A stretch of 64,000 nucleotides of DNA from Guillardia theta CCMP2712 (Eukaryota > Protista > Cryptophyta): positions 310,001-374,000 of the forward strand of contig NW_005434604.1 in the NCBI RefSeq assembly GCF_000315625.1. Reading direction: 5' to 3'. Each line of letters starts with the position of its first letter. Position 1 is the stretch's first letter. Position numbers and translations under genes: made by a program. This document shows positions 45,943 to 58,500 of this stretch, in pieces. The notes under the pieces were generated by a model. The model did not search any database and had not been told where the DNA came from. It saw nothing but the letters and a program-made list of their open reading frames with translations.

Positions 45943-47246
45943 ATGCATCACATCCCCTTGGGAGGCCCCACCTCTGCCGAAAGGGCTCGCCGCCTCGCAA
46001 TCATCCTCACGTCAGTCTTGACCTTCGGAGCGGTTTGCATGGTCGTTGCTGGATATGGTGCAAAGCCGCAGAAGCTTGCTGTGCGCAACGTGAAGTTTGC
46101 TGCTGCAAGGGCCACGCAGAAGTTGCAGGATGCAGGGAACGGCATGGCTATCCCAGACCCTGACGAGACTGCCAGGAAGGCTAAGGAAGCTATGTCCAAG
46201 GCCGGAGATTCAGCAAACAAGGCGTTGAGTGACGTGGAGAACGCTCTCGAGGATGTTCTCCCCGTCGGTGACATCTTCAGTGCTCTCGGGTGGCACTTGG
46301 ACCTCTGCTTCTACCTTGTCACTATTTACATTGTGTATTACATCTGGAAGTGCAAGGTATGGCACAAGGTCTTGCCACAGTTGATCTACGTTCGAACTGC
46401 GGAGGAGGAGCAGGCGGTCAAGGACGCAGAGCATGCCAACGAGAACTGGTCCTCTATCGGTGACTGGAGCGAGGACCCTCACGACTCCACCAAGCCCAAC
46501 GACCAAGACCTGCTTTGGTTCCGCACAGGCACCAACGAGGAGCGTCTCTTCTACGAGAAGCAGCGTGTTCAGCCAAGTTTCATCGACACCCTCATGTGCG
46601 GCTGCGGAGGAAACGTGTACGCAGTGGCCGTGACGAGCAAAAGGATCATCATCCAAAACGACAAGAGATGCTTGTTTGGCTCCACTGTCCTGACCACCAA
46701 CGAGGAATCCTACCTCCTGAGCACCGTCCACAAGGCCTCCCTGCACACTGACGGCGCCTTGAACCTTGGCATTTGCACTTTGCACTCCTCCGAGATGCTG
46801 TCTGGCGGCTTCAACTGGATCTTTCTCGGATTTTTGGTTGACATCGTGCTTGAGTGGAAACCCGCAATCATGAACTTCATCACCGATGATCGCCTCAAGG
46901 GCTGGATCAACTTGGTTCCCAACGACATCATCTACATGGTATTGAGTTTCTCGTTGGTTGTTTTCAAGCTCATGCTGATCTGCAGTTTTCGTCCGTTTTG
47001 GTCTTGTTCGGAGCCTTCCTCTTCCTTGCCCTCCTCTTCTTCTTGATCTGCCCTCAGAGCACCCTTGAGATCGAGTTCGTTAAGCAAGCTGGAGTCAGCA
47101 GCTACACCAAGAAGTTTGACTTCCCTGTGAGCAGATTGCTTCCTCATGCAGCAACTTGTCAATCTGACTCCCTGTAGGTGCGGACTGCTTACAAGATGTA
47201 CGACGCGATCATGCAAGGAAGGTTTGGCCACTCGAAGTCTGCTTAA
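45943..47246 (+). CDS. hypothetical multi-pass membrane protein
   Basis: long exon within ORF 45871..47046 with several hydrophobic helices, then two short exons ending TAA at 47244-47246. Confidence 0.65.
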
Positions 47247-47499
47247 GGCGATACAAATGTTCTACTTCATGTGAGAACCACTGGCGATATGAAGACAAAC
47301 ATAAAACCCCCCTGCAGGTTTGCTGAGGAGCCTGTGAGATAACAGGAGCGACTGGGACCGTTTTCATCTCTTTCCTGTTTTATTGCCTTTTGACGTAAAA
47401 CGGCAAACTTCACCCCCTCCTGTACTTGCTCAGAGTCTCCATGATGGGCTAAAGGAGCCGCATGTCACTTCAATCCTGCACAACTAGAGGACAGACCTG

Positions 47500-48941
47500 A
47501 AAGACGGGAGTCAACGAGCTTGTAAAGTCTTCCACCTCTTCCTCGTTGTATAAGCTGCGCAAGTAGATCAGAATTACAAGCGAGGGTTCACGAGCAGAAA
47601 CAACCTCTCGATCACTGCTCTAGCATCTTTTGCAATCACCCTGCAGTCCTCGAACGCCTGCACGGCCTCAGCTGGCCACCAAGTCAGAGCGACTTGTCAC
47701 CTGCCCAATTGTCTCTTCGGTAACTTTGTTGCTTTCATCCTCCACCTGGTCCAGAGCTCGCACCCGTTCCATGTAAAGTTTGATGGCCTGAGGTGTGGAT
47801 GAGGCAGGAGGAGCAAGCAGGGACAATGCTTGCACCTCCACGAGCTCCTCGGGCTTCACTAGAGCTCCGCTGTCCTTGATCAACTTGCCGTCAACGTAGA
47901 CGTACTCCTGCTCCTCCTCCGGCTTGGGCTTTAGATTGTGCCTGGAGGATGAGAATCAAGTCAGAAGGAGGGCAGCAACTCGTTGAGTCGCACTCGAGGA
48001 GGTTCATGCGGATCCCGGGCTCGTCGATGAGACGCAGAAGCTTGTGGAGGAGACCCAGGGAGGGCTTTGCTCGCTTCTCCAGCTCCTCCTGCACACGAGT
48101 GTAGATATGTCCGAGGACCTGGAGATGAGGTCAGGAGGTTGGCAGGGATAGAGACCATCTCGCCTTCACTCGGTTAGTTGTAATTTCGTCTGTCGCCTTC
48201 GCCTGCCGTTCGATCAGCACGCGAGCTGCAAGTGGGTAGGAGATGTGAGAGAAACCTGAGCATCGTTGATGTTCATGTCCAGGACGATCAGGAACGCTGG
48301 ATCAATCTCTCCAGATTTCACGTTCTCGACAATTCTGCGATCAAGGACGTTGATCTCTCCTGAGTTCAACAAGTCGACCAGAAGTTTCTTGCCGTTCTCA
48401 AGCCTTGTAGCAACATTTCAGCCCCCGAGGGACGTCGGGTCAGGCTCTCACCTTTCATTCGTCAACTTCTGAATGTCTCCGAGCAAGTTTTGCCACTTGG
48501 AGCTGTCGGACTCTTCCTGCAGCCTCCCCGCTAGGAACTGCATCGCCTCCTCGTTCATGAGATGGAATGATCTCCTGACTTCCGCCATCCTCGCCTCGCT
48601 GTCCTCCATGTCGCTGATCCGCTTCATCATCTCCTGGGGATCTTCCATCCTCTGCATCTGACTCTCACTTCCAGCAGCAGCCATCTCGTGCCTCACCTCT
48701 GCGCTGGCGCTGCTAGCATGCAACATGATCTGTCGTCGCAGCCTCGGCGTCTTCGCCATGTGCGCAACCCGGACAGTGGAGGAGCGGCATTGCACGAGCG
48801 GACATACCCTTGTAGAGAGCGACCTCCGTGCCATCAGTGCTTTGCTGCTTGCAAGGATATTCCACGAGAAGCATCCTGAACCTTGGTCAAGGAGTTTCGT
48901 GCCCGAAGAACGTGATACCTTGGACGAGCACAAAGGAGCAT
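47500..48941 (-). CDS. hypothetical multi-exon protein, possibly organelle-targeted
   Basis: charged helical exons (QEELEKRAKPSLGLLHKLLR, AIKLYMERVRALDQVE) with GT-AG boundaries; ends approximate. Confidence 0.55.
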
Positions 48942-49419
48942 AGTAGGATGCTCTTGAAAGCTCCCATTCCTTGTAACCTGTATTCTTTCACTACTTCAGT
49001 GTACATGGACACAACGGGGTAGCAAGGGCTCAGGTAGCATTATCTCATTTCACTCCTCAGCCTCCCTAACTGCCTCCCCTTAGGCTCTACCTGGCTCCGC
49101 CTGTGAGTTCCACCTGCTGCTCACAATCTCTTCTGATATTCTCCCCTCATTCCTGTCTCCTTCTGCCTCTCCTCCCCTCCCCTCCCCTCCCCTCCCCTCT
49201 CCTCCCTTCTCCTCCCCTCCCCTCCCCTCTCCTCTCTTCTCCTCTCCTCTCCTCTCCTCTCCTCTCTCTTCATCCCTTCCCTCTTCATCCCCCTTTCCCT
49301 GTCAGCATGCATCACGATCGTGTACAACATGTAAAGGAGGTCAGCCAACATTACCACTCCGCCCAGGTGTTCTCAGTAAGCACAAGCAAAGGACAGCGAA
49401 TGGTACATAGTTCTCTCAC

Positions 49420-49890
49420 TATGCCAGCGTCGGAATGAACCGTAGTAGTAATGATGACTCGGCCCGGTGGAGTCATCGAAACTTTGGCGTCGGAAGAGTC
49501 CGCCCGGTCAGAGTCAGCCCGAGTCAGCCGGGGGCAGGGCAGGGCCAGTGACTCAGTACTATGTGTAATCAACTCACGGTACTAGTGTTTTCGTCACTGC
49601 GACATCCGCGGCGCCGGGAACTTTCCAAGTTCCAGGCTTTACTCCGAAAGTTAAGTTAAAAATCAGAACTTCGGAACTTAGTAGTGGTCCTGCGCGCGAA
49701 GGTGACCCCGTGACCTGGCGGCCAGTTTCAAGTAACTTAGTAAATGACGGCCCCGGGCCCGGCGGGCCGCCGTTCACTGCACGGCGGACTCGAGGGCGGA
49801 CGTCACTGAGTCACGATCCGAGACTCGGGACGGCCGGCGACCGTTACTTCGCCCGGTAGTTTACTCAAAGTTAAGTTAAAAATCAGTACA
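49420..49890. other. GC-rich intergenic island G
   Basis: many GAGTC/GACTC and CCGG; direct repeat TTTACTC(CG)AAAGTTAAGTTAAAAATCAG at 49638-49666 and 49860-49886. Confidence 0.6.
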
Positions 49891-50095
49891 AGGACAATGA
49901 GAGGAGTCACCAGCTCATGCCTGTACAGGGGTAGTCATTCGGGCGAATGTACATTTTATCTGATTTGACTAAAACTGACTGAAGCAGTGGCTCTATATCG
50001 GAGGGCCAGACTGCTTGCTAGTAGGCTTGAAGATCGGAGGAGGCTGAACCGAGTCACTCTGTCACTTCATACAACTGTCCCAACCAAGGCCAAAG

Positions 50096-51040
50096 ATGCA
50101 AACAAGTCACTTGCAACTACCAGCTATCTGCTCTGACTGTTTGTCTGAGTTGAAATGCAGCGATTTAGACCAGCGAGTATCAGCTAGCTCCTGTGAAAGT
50201 GAACATGTGAACCCTGCAGTGGATGATAACGCGCAAGGAAGTGAAGTCAAAGCTCCTTGCTCCTTGAAATGTGGCAGACGATGGACAGAGCAAGAGCGGA
50301 TCAGTCACAAAAAGCATTGCAAAGGGAAGATCAGGTTGACTGCTGAGGAAAGAAAAGAGGTCATTCGGTTGAGTCGCACGAATGATCCACTTCTGAGAAA
50401 ATCGCAAACTGAATTGGCGGCCATGTTTGGCAAGAGCCGAGCAGCGATTTCAAAAATTCTCAAGTCAGAGGGTACCTCAAGGGCTGGAAATCAGTCTCCA
50501 CGAGCAGAATTTTCTCCTTTGGTGAGAACAAGTTCTGGTACAAGTTCTGGAACAAGTTCCACAAACTCTTGGGAGGAGCGCTTCTATAGCTTTGGCCATA
50601 GTGCGTGTGAAGAGAGCTCAATCTCCTCCTCTGGGTCTTATTCCGAACTTCGCTCAATGACGAGAAACTGTACAAAATATTTGCAACTCCTGAAAAATGC
50701 TTGTTTGCCACCTATCACAAAGTTCAAGGTCGGGTGTTTTCAAGACTCGGCTCTCACTTGGCGAAAGGTATTTGTTCGAACTGTTTTCAATCACCAGTAT
50801 GTTCCAGTAGGAAGCTACAGGGACTTGATGAGCATTCTCCTCAAGACGTCCCAGTGGCCAGTCGACAAGTCTCCAGTGCTATCGTACGTCGATGAAGAGG
50901 GAGACACGATCGTGGTAACTTCAGATAAAACGAGTTGGGAGTTGCTATCCGGCATTTTCCGATTTGGACAACTGTGCAGCTCCACTTGCGATTTGCCTCG
51001 TCTCACGGACCAGGATATCCTCCTTGACATGAGAACATGA
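50096..51040 (+). CDS. intronless protein with a CENP-B/psq-type HTH and a C-terminal PB1-like domain
   Basis: RLTAEERKEVIRL...SQTELAAMFGKSRAAISKILK (HTH); KFKV...LSYVDEEGDTIVVTSD (PB1 OPCA motif). Confidence 0.75.
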   Translation: MQTSHLQLPAICSDCLSELKCSDLDQRVSASSCESEHVNPAVDDNAQGSEVKAPCSLKCGRRWTEQERISHKKHCKGKIRLTAEERKEVIRLSRTNDPLLRKSQTELAAMFGKSRAAISKILKSEGTSRAGNQSPRAEFSPLVRTSSGTSSGTSSTNSWEERFYSFGHSACEESSISSSGSYSELRSMTRNCTKYLQLLKNACLPPITKFKVGCFQDSALTWRKVFVRTVFNHQYVPVGSYRDLMSILLKTSQWPVDKSPVLSYVDEEGDTIVVTSDKTSWELLSGIFRFGQLCSSTCDLPRLTDQDILLDMRT

Positions 51041-51044
51041 GTCT

Positions 51045-52060
51045 TCCTGCGCCGGAAGTTCACTGCCGCGGCAAACTTCTCGTCACCGTACTACCAACGT
51101 TACTTACCGTACCGTAAAATTACTAAGTTAGTAAACTGAGGCCCGGGTACGGTAGCCTGCCATTGGCCAGCCGTCACGCGGCGTGACTAGCCTAGCCTAG
51201 TAGGTCGGAGAACTGCAGTGCTGCTCACTGTCAGAAGTACGTCCTGGATCAGGGCCGATGCCCGGCCAGCCTGGCCGCACCCACGGTAGGTGCGGCACCG
51301 TGACGGCACCTACCGTAGTACCGTACCGCCGCGAGTCCGAGTCACGAGCCGTGACGGGCGCGGCCCGGCACGGTCCGACCGGGCGGCCCGCCGGGCCGCG
51401 GGGCCTGGGGCCCGCCGCGCGGCGTGACTCAGGGGCAGAGTCCGAGGCTGACTGTGAGTCCGTGATCCGGGACCGAACGGAATGTCGGGCCGCTGGGTCC
51501 GGGCGCGGCCCGCCGGGCCGGGCGTCTCAAAGTTTCAAGGTCCTGATCAGTGGGGGTGGTCGATGGGACCGGTGGGTATGTTGAGTCTTGCCCTTCAGGA
51601 TTGTTATGGAAATATGGGTAGGGTATATGCAACACCGGTTCCTTTGACAGGCAAAGAATAGGTCCTTTCTGCTATCTCACCCACCGGTGCACGTGTACCT
51701 ACCCCATTTAGAATACAAAAGCGCGCCAGATTTGAATTCCGCTGGACCCTACCCACTATTTTGGTATGTGTTGAAATGCCAGAACCCGTGGTCCCGCCAA
51801 AACAAGTGGAGAGTACCCCCCCTTTCTCAACGACCGATAGAGATATGATTTGATCAATCCACATGTCTGGATGATCTGTTGAAGGCTACATGTTTTATAT
51901 ATATACAATTAATGAAAATAGCCCATGTAGCGAGCATTGTTACTTCAGCATCAACACCGTCGACGTCATAACCTTCCACCAATAAAAACTAGTACCCACC
52001 CTTTCCTCAATAACCCCACCCTCCGAATAAATAAATCTCTCAACCCCACCCCGTCCTCCG
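51045..52060. other. GC-rich intergenic island H with TACCC-rich flank
   Basis: TACCGTACCGTA, GAGTCCGAGTC and CCGG clusters to 51550, then a GGGTAG/TACCC-rich stretch. Confidence 0.6.
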
Positions 52061-52090
52061 TACAGCTGTCCTCTGAAATCGCCGCCCGTC

Positions 52091-52663
52091 ATGGCAGACC
52101 ACGCAGATACCAGTCTCAATGCAGCGCAGGGGGAGGAGCCTCCTTACAAGAAGAACCTTGAGCGTCTCGCGGCCCTCCAGGAGCGTCTCAGCAAGGTGCA
52201 GAAGACTGCCGAATCCCTCCTCGCGACCGTTAGTGGCTCTGGTGGCGAGTACGCCGACAAGCTCATCTACTCTGATTTTAATCGTGTCAAGAGGTTCATT
52301 GAGTCCAACCCATCGGTGAGTATCTCATTTGTTATGTGGAATATTTTGATACATCGTCATTTTATGCGTCTACCTCCCTCTCATTGCTTCGATTCTGTCA
52401 CCAGTTCTTGTCGCTTCAAGTTTTTGTCAGTACATAATTTGCCAGTTTGCACATCATGATGATGAACCCGCTCACTTCCCTCTTGTTTTCAAATGTGCCA
52501 GTCAACGCAAAACTGAGAGGATGTTTTCTTTCAGAACATTCAGCCCGGCCTGTCCTTGGATGACGACAACACAGTGGAGATCCGCTTCGTTGTGAAATTT
52601 GATGACGCAGACGCAGTCACAAGTTCACTGAACAAGCTTAAGATCTCGACTGAATCATCCTAA
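52091..52663 (+). CDS. small two-exon hypothetical protein
   Basis: MADHAD...IESNPS|gtgag ... ttcag|NIQPGLSL...ISTESS* in frame. Confidence 0.6.
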
Positions 52664-53347
52664 GTGGATGAAGAAACACTTACTGACTGGATGGAATGAA
52701 TGGGCTATGTGTTGTTGCATGGTAATTATTGATCAATGAATACGTCGAATTGGCGGCTCGAATTCTGCGCAGATTCAGATCTTGGTCATACCTGCTGGTG
52801 CAAAATGAGCTAAGCCTGATAATGATTCGTAGATATTGTACTGCTCTTGGTAGAATCGCCTCCGCATGATTGAATGCCTTCTGCTTGCGGGAGGTTAGCC
52901 TCACTGATTGTTGCCGTTAATGCTACAGTCTGCGATGGTGTCTGCTAGAGTTAAACTCACTAGCTCCGAATTTTCTCCTCACATCAACGTAACATCATCA
53001 TAGTCTTGCAAGGTTACTTCATGAGTTACTGCTTGTGCGAAAGGATTGTGCAACTACGAATACCCATCATTCCCCTTGTCCGCCATACACTGATGTCAAA
53101 AAGATCGGATCGATGTACGCTAGAGCGACTTCCAACGAGCCTGTTGTCGCTCCATCTGTAGTTTTCCTCACTCAACAAATTAACAAAACCTTCCTTCCTC
53201 GTATTGCTGCTGACTTCTGCCGTGTTTCAAGGTTTCTTGTTTGAAAGTTTCTCCTTCCGGACAACCTTGTGAAGTAGATTACACATGATCTCTTGGTTGT
53301 TATTCGACATAACCGTCCGTAACCGTCGACCCCCCGGAAATAGCGCC

Positions 53348-55357
53348 ATGGCAGCGCTGTTGGACCGTTCAGGAGATGCTGGGCAGGTGAGGAAGAGAAT
53401 GGCGGAGTAGCGACCAAGGGAGCCTATCATTGCATACTGATGACCAATGTGTTCATGACATGTTGATATGAACTTGAAGGATTCGAAACCATTTCTGTTC
53501 GATGTGATGCAAAGCTGCTCCTTTAGTTTTAGGCAGTGTGTGTTGGTAATTGTTTTTCTCTGGTAGCTGTCGGTGTGAGTACACAAATGTTACAGGCTCG
53601 AACATGATTGAACCATTTAACATTGCAGGTGACGTATGGTAACTTCCAACATGCCGTGAATGGCCGACAAGAAAGCTCCAAGAGGAGGGTGTACCTGGTC
53701 TTCTCGCTAGTTGCCGGCCTCGCGTTGATAGCAGTTGTCCTCTCATCGGCGAGGAATGGCGATAGGCCAGTCCTAGCACATGCCTCCGTCTCCATTTCTG
53801 ATCAGGTCGATCAAAGGATCAGCCTTGGCAAGCCAAACACTCGAAAGCGATACTTCTCCCTGGCCAGCGACTCCAACGTCCAGGGAGCTGGAGGCTTTCC
53901 GTGGGGTTACAGCGGAGACACTGGGCCAGCCAAGTGGGGATCCCTGCATGGAGCATGGCAGTTGTGCGACAAGGGGCCGACGCAGTCGCCCGTCAACATC
54001 GTGACGTCAGACATCAAGGCAGACCTCGACCTTCCGGGCCTGACATGGCAGATTCCCAGCAGCAGTGAAGGTTCCGGACGAGCGAGGGTGTTCTACGATG
54101 GCCACAGCATCTGCCTGTCACAGCTTCAGGGGGTGCACCTTGACATCGTCGGTTTCTCTCGCTACCTCGACAGTTTGCCGCTGTCTGCTGTCGAGCATCG
54201 AAATTTCTCCTTGGTGGAGATGAGAATCCATACTCCCTCTGAGCACACTGTTGACGGCCATAGGTCACCTCTCCCTCCTCTCTGACTGATCCTCCTGATC
54301 CTCCTGATCCTCCTGATCCTCCTGACAGATACGACGCTGAGCTGCAGTTCGTGCATGAATGCACTCCGTTGACCGACCCGCCATGCCCGGTCAACAAGAG
54401 TCTGGTGAGAAAAGCAGGGAAGCAGGAGGCGCTCGGTCATTCCTGTTGCAGATTGTCTCTGCGCTGATGTCTCTAGCTAGAACGAACCTCGGGGAGGAGA
54501 GGTCTTGCTGTTCGCTCTAAGCCGTGCGCGATGCTCATACTTGTGCAGTCCTTCGTTCCTCACGGATATGGTGAATGACTTGAGGCTGATCCAAGGACAC
54601 TGGAATCAGTAAGAGACGAGGAGGGCGGGGGGCTGGAGGAAATTGACATCTTATCAGGTACATCGCGAGTTTCGGGTTTGACTTCGGGAACGTTGCAAAC
54701 GCACTGAAGATCTATTCGCACAGTTATTGGTTCTTCAAAGGAAGGTGATTTTCACAAGAGATGATGTCAACACAAAAAGGATGATGGAATGTTATTGGTG
54801 GTGGTGGTGGTGGTGGTTGTAATGATAACGACAATGATGATGATGAGGAGGAGGAGGAGTTTGATGTAACTCAATGCTGTCAAAATGGCTTGTTTGCAGT
54901 GAGGATGTGAAAAAGGATTGTGAATGTTGTGATATGTCGCCAATGGAGCTGAAAGGTCTCGCTTTACAGTCTAACCATGCCGCCCTGTACTGAGGATGTT
55001 AGCTGGATGGTCCTCCAGGTCCCTTCAGCTTGTTGCGCGCGAGTTTGTTGGGCTGATGTTTAGCAGGATCCGATTCCTATCTCCCAGTCCGACTTGTCCT
55101 TCTTTCAGTCGGTTCAGGTAACTGCATCTCTCTTGCTGTCAGCCTCTTGTCTTCTCTCCTCTTTATGTCTCGTTCCTCTCCCTCCTCCTACCTCTATTCT
55201 CAGCTCTCCTGCCTTTATTCTCAGCTCTCCTGCCTTTATTCTCAGCTCTCCTGTCTGTCTCCTCAGCTTTCCTCGTCTTCTCTCTCATCATCTGGTACAG
55301 GGTGATAATACGCGCCCCCTCCAACCTCTCAACGGTCGGCCCATTTTTTCTATCTGA
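53348..55357 (+). CDS. alpha-carbonic anhydrase-like protein with an N-terminal TM anchor, probably acatalytic (CARP-like)
   Basis: WGYSGDTGPAKW, C..GPTQSPVNI, EMRIHTPSEHTVDG, YDAELQFVH, YWFFKGSLTMPPCTEDVSWMVL, NTRPLQPLNGRPI. Confidence 0.9.
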
Positions 55358-55557
55358 GCCTTGAGAGCGACCTGTACATATAAGCTGCCTGAAGTTTCTC
55401 TTTTGCTTTATTGTTTGATACTTCTACCTGGTCGGCATATTGAATGACCATGAAAGAGTTGTTAAAGACGCTCGTCCTCCTGTTTCACTCCTCTCCTCCT
55501 CCTCCTCTTCGTGCTCCTCCTCCTCCTCCTGATCTTCAAGATTTTCCCTCCTAGCTT

Positions 55558-58500
55558 AACTGTGCGGCACTATCACGAATATTTACACGCCATGAGTGAG
55601 GCAAAGAAAAACGTCCGACGCTACGAGCGCTGTCACAGGAGCTCCTCCTCCTCGCTCAAAAGACTTTTTCTCACTTGTTGCTCCTCTACTGCTCTCCTGG
55701 CAGAATCTCCTCCTCCTCGAACGACTCTTGCGCATATCCCCAGTTCTGCCCGACAGCCGTCAGGTCCCAGCTGCCCCCCACGTCGCTCACTCACCTCGTC
55801 GTTGACAAGGATCGGGGTCATCTCCTCCAGCATCCACGTCACGTTGGCGATGAAGGCGCTGATCTCCTTCTCCCCGACCGTCTCAGCCACTCGCTGCGGC
55901 ATCGTGCCCTGCAAGCCCAGGGCATGAGGAGGACGATAAGGGACGGAGAAAATGTCGGAGAGGAAGGAAAATGAGGACGAGAAAGCGGCGGGCAGAGAGG
56001 GGGAGGGAGGGAAGAAGAGGGAAGGAGAAGACACGAAGAGCAGTGGGAAAGGAGAGGGAGGAGGTGAAAGGAAGGAGAGGAAGAGCAAACATCGTCACTG
56101 AGAACCTGAGGGTGGTACTGGTGAAAGACGCAGGCTGGTGGCATGAAGATGTTCTGCTTGTATCCTGCGGCGGCGGCAGCTACAGTGAGGAAGGAGTCGA
56201 CCAGGACCTTGTTGAAGTTGGTCAGCCAGAAAAGGGGAGGGGAGGGAGACTGACAGGAAGGGGAAGCTCAGGGTAGCCCCTCACTCGCATCACTGCATCT
56301 TTTGTTGAGAGAAAGAAATCTCCATCGGCATACGTATGCAGGTGCTGCTCGTTCATTTCAGCTAGAAGAGGCGGAGGAAGACAGGAGGAGGAGGATCGCA
56401 AGAGGGAGGAGGGAGGGAGGAGGAGGATGAGAAGAGGGAGAAAGAAGTGAGCAGGAGGACGAGAAGAGGGAGGAGGGAGCGAGAAGGAGTTGAATCCTAC
56501 CGGCATCATGAAGAACTTCCTCTTTCTTCCTCCAGTCTGGTTTGTCCGTATGACCAGATGCTGGTTTGCGTAGCCTTCTTTCTCCTCCTCCTCCTCCATC
56601 CCTTCCGGGGGATACCTGACCACTGGTCCGTCTCCCAACAGAGTCACAGCATCCCAATACCTGAATGGTGTGGTCAGTGAGAGGCTGGGACGAGGGCAAA
56701 CGGGGTGGGAGAAGCATCAAAAGGAGCAGGTGAAGAAGAAAACACGAGGAGGAGAGAGAAGATGAAGGGAGGGTGGGAGGACTTGCAAGAGCAGGAAGCG
56801 ATTGAAGGCAGCAGAGGTAAAGCATCGGCGGAGGACGAAGAACAAAGAGAGTATAAGGGCAGAGGCAGAGGAAGAAGCACGAGCTGGGGGGGCGGGGCGG
56901 GGAGAGACTGGGGGGGGGGAGGGGGACGTACTGTGTTCGAACAAGAAGGTCATCGGGAAAGGTGATTCGAAGATGTCCGTGGGTGGTCCTGTGAAGTTCG
57001 CCCAGCGCGTCCCATTCGAGCCCAACGCGCGACAGCAGGTCTCCCACCGCCAGCCGCTGCATCGTCATCACCCGCCTCAGGGCCCCCTGCGCCGCTTCCG
57101 TCATGTCGCCCTTCCTCATGGTGGGATGGAATCGCTGCAGGAGATCGTGGCGGTCGATGCGGTAGAAGGCCTCCTCGTCCAGCTGACGGTCAGCAAGGAT
57201 GCCGACAAGAACCTGCCCCAGCAGGATGTCGCCGTTGGTCACCAGCACGAACTTCCCGCGGGCTCGCCGCATACCGACGTTCTTGGCGTAGAACTGAGGA
57301 AACCCGTCCTTGGCCGCCTGCGGGAGAGCAGCGTGGATGCTCGCTGGGACGCGGATGATGCGGACGGGAGGAAGACCTGCCGGCCATGCGAGAGCGCGAC
57401 GGAGAGGAGGACGGTGATGGCTGGGAGCCCATTCGACGAGGACGAGCTCAGCGCTGAGGGTAGGATGCATCCTTGCTGCTGCCGCCAGCTGGTCGAGCGA
57501 CGTCTGCAGGCGCGTCATGAAGTTGCCTTCATGCCCGTCATTTCTGGCCGCGAGGATAATGCTCACGTACACCTCCTGCGGGAACTCCCGGCCTGCTCTC
57601 GCCCTCCTCCTCTCCCCTGCCATGCCCCCTTCTTGAACTTGCTTCTTTTCTGTAGCCAGCGGCTCTACCGTCATGGGGTAGACTGGCTCATGCTTGTCCC
57701 TCGTCCTCCCTCCCTCCTCCCTAGAGATCGTCTTGGGAGTGGAGTAGAGGAGGCCAGTCTGCCCGCGTGAGTGAGCGATGACCTGAGGGCCGTCCACCAC
57801 CACCTCCTCCTTCCCAGTCACTTTGTCCTTCAGCCGGATGTAGTCCTTGAAGGGGAGGTACGTCAACCCCTTGAACCTCCTTCTGGTGTACAAGATCACT
57901 CCTGCATCCCTTGCCGCTGGCTCGCTGGTGTGGAGGGCGGAGAAGAGCGCAGCGTTGAATCTTCTCTCGGGGCGGAACTTGAGGCCAGCAGCATGGAGGA
58001 GGAGGCCGAGCGGCGCCATGTCGAAGTTTGAGTTGACGATGGCGACAGCGTCCTTGGGGTAGATGCAGGAGAGGCGCATCGAGCAGCCAACCGCTGGCTC
58101 AATCACTTCCCTCATCGCTCGCCGGCCTCCTCGCGTGTCCAGGTTGATCCCCACCAGCCCTCCAGCTATGCAGGAGCGGAAGAGGAGAGGGCACTGCTCA
58201 TCGGGGATGCCGAACAGCTCATGGATAAGGCCTGGCGGGGTCTTGTCGCCGACCGTACACGCCTCCTGGGGGTCGCACGGGACGTCAGGGGCATCGGCGA
58301 GATTGCAACCTTGAGTGGTGAAGAAGTATCCGTCGGAGGCCAGCATCTCCCTCAGCTCTTCGATGGAGCTGCGAAGTTCTATGCTGGAGTCGAGGTACAG
58401 GATGTTGGTCAGCTCCTCGGCCGCGTGCTGGATCAGCGGCATCTTCCATGCATAGTTCGCCAACGTCCTGACGTGCTCAGGATGCTTGTCAAAGTTGTAC

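Noticed and set aside
50096-51040. Active pogo/Tigger transposase
   Set aside because: No DDE catalytic domain and no terminal inverted repeats.
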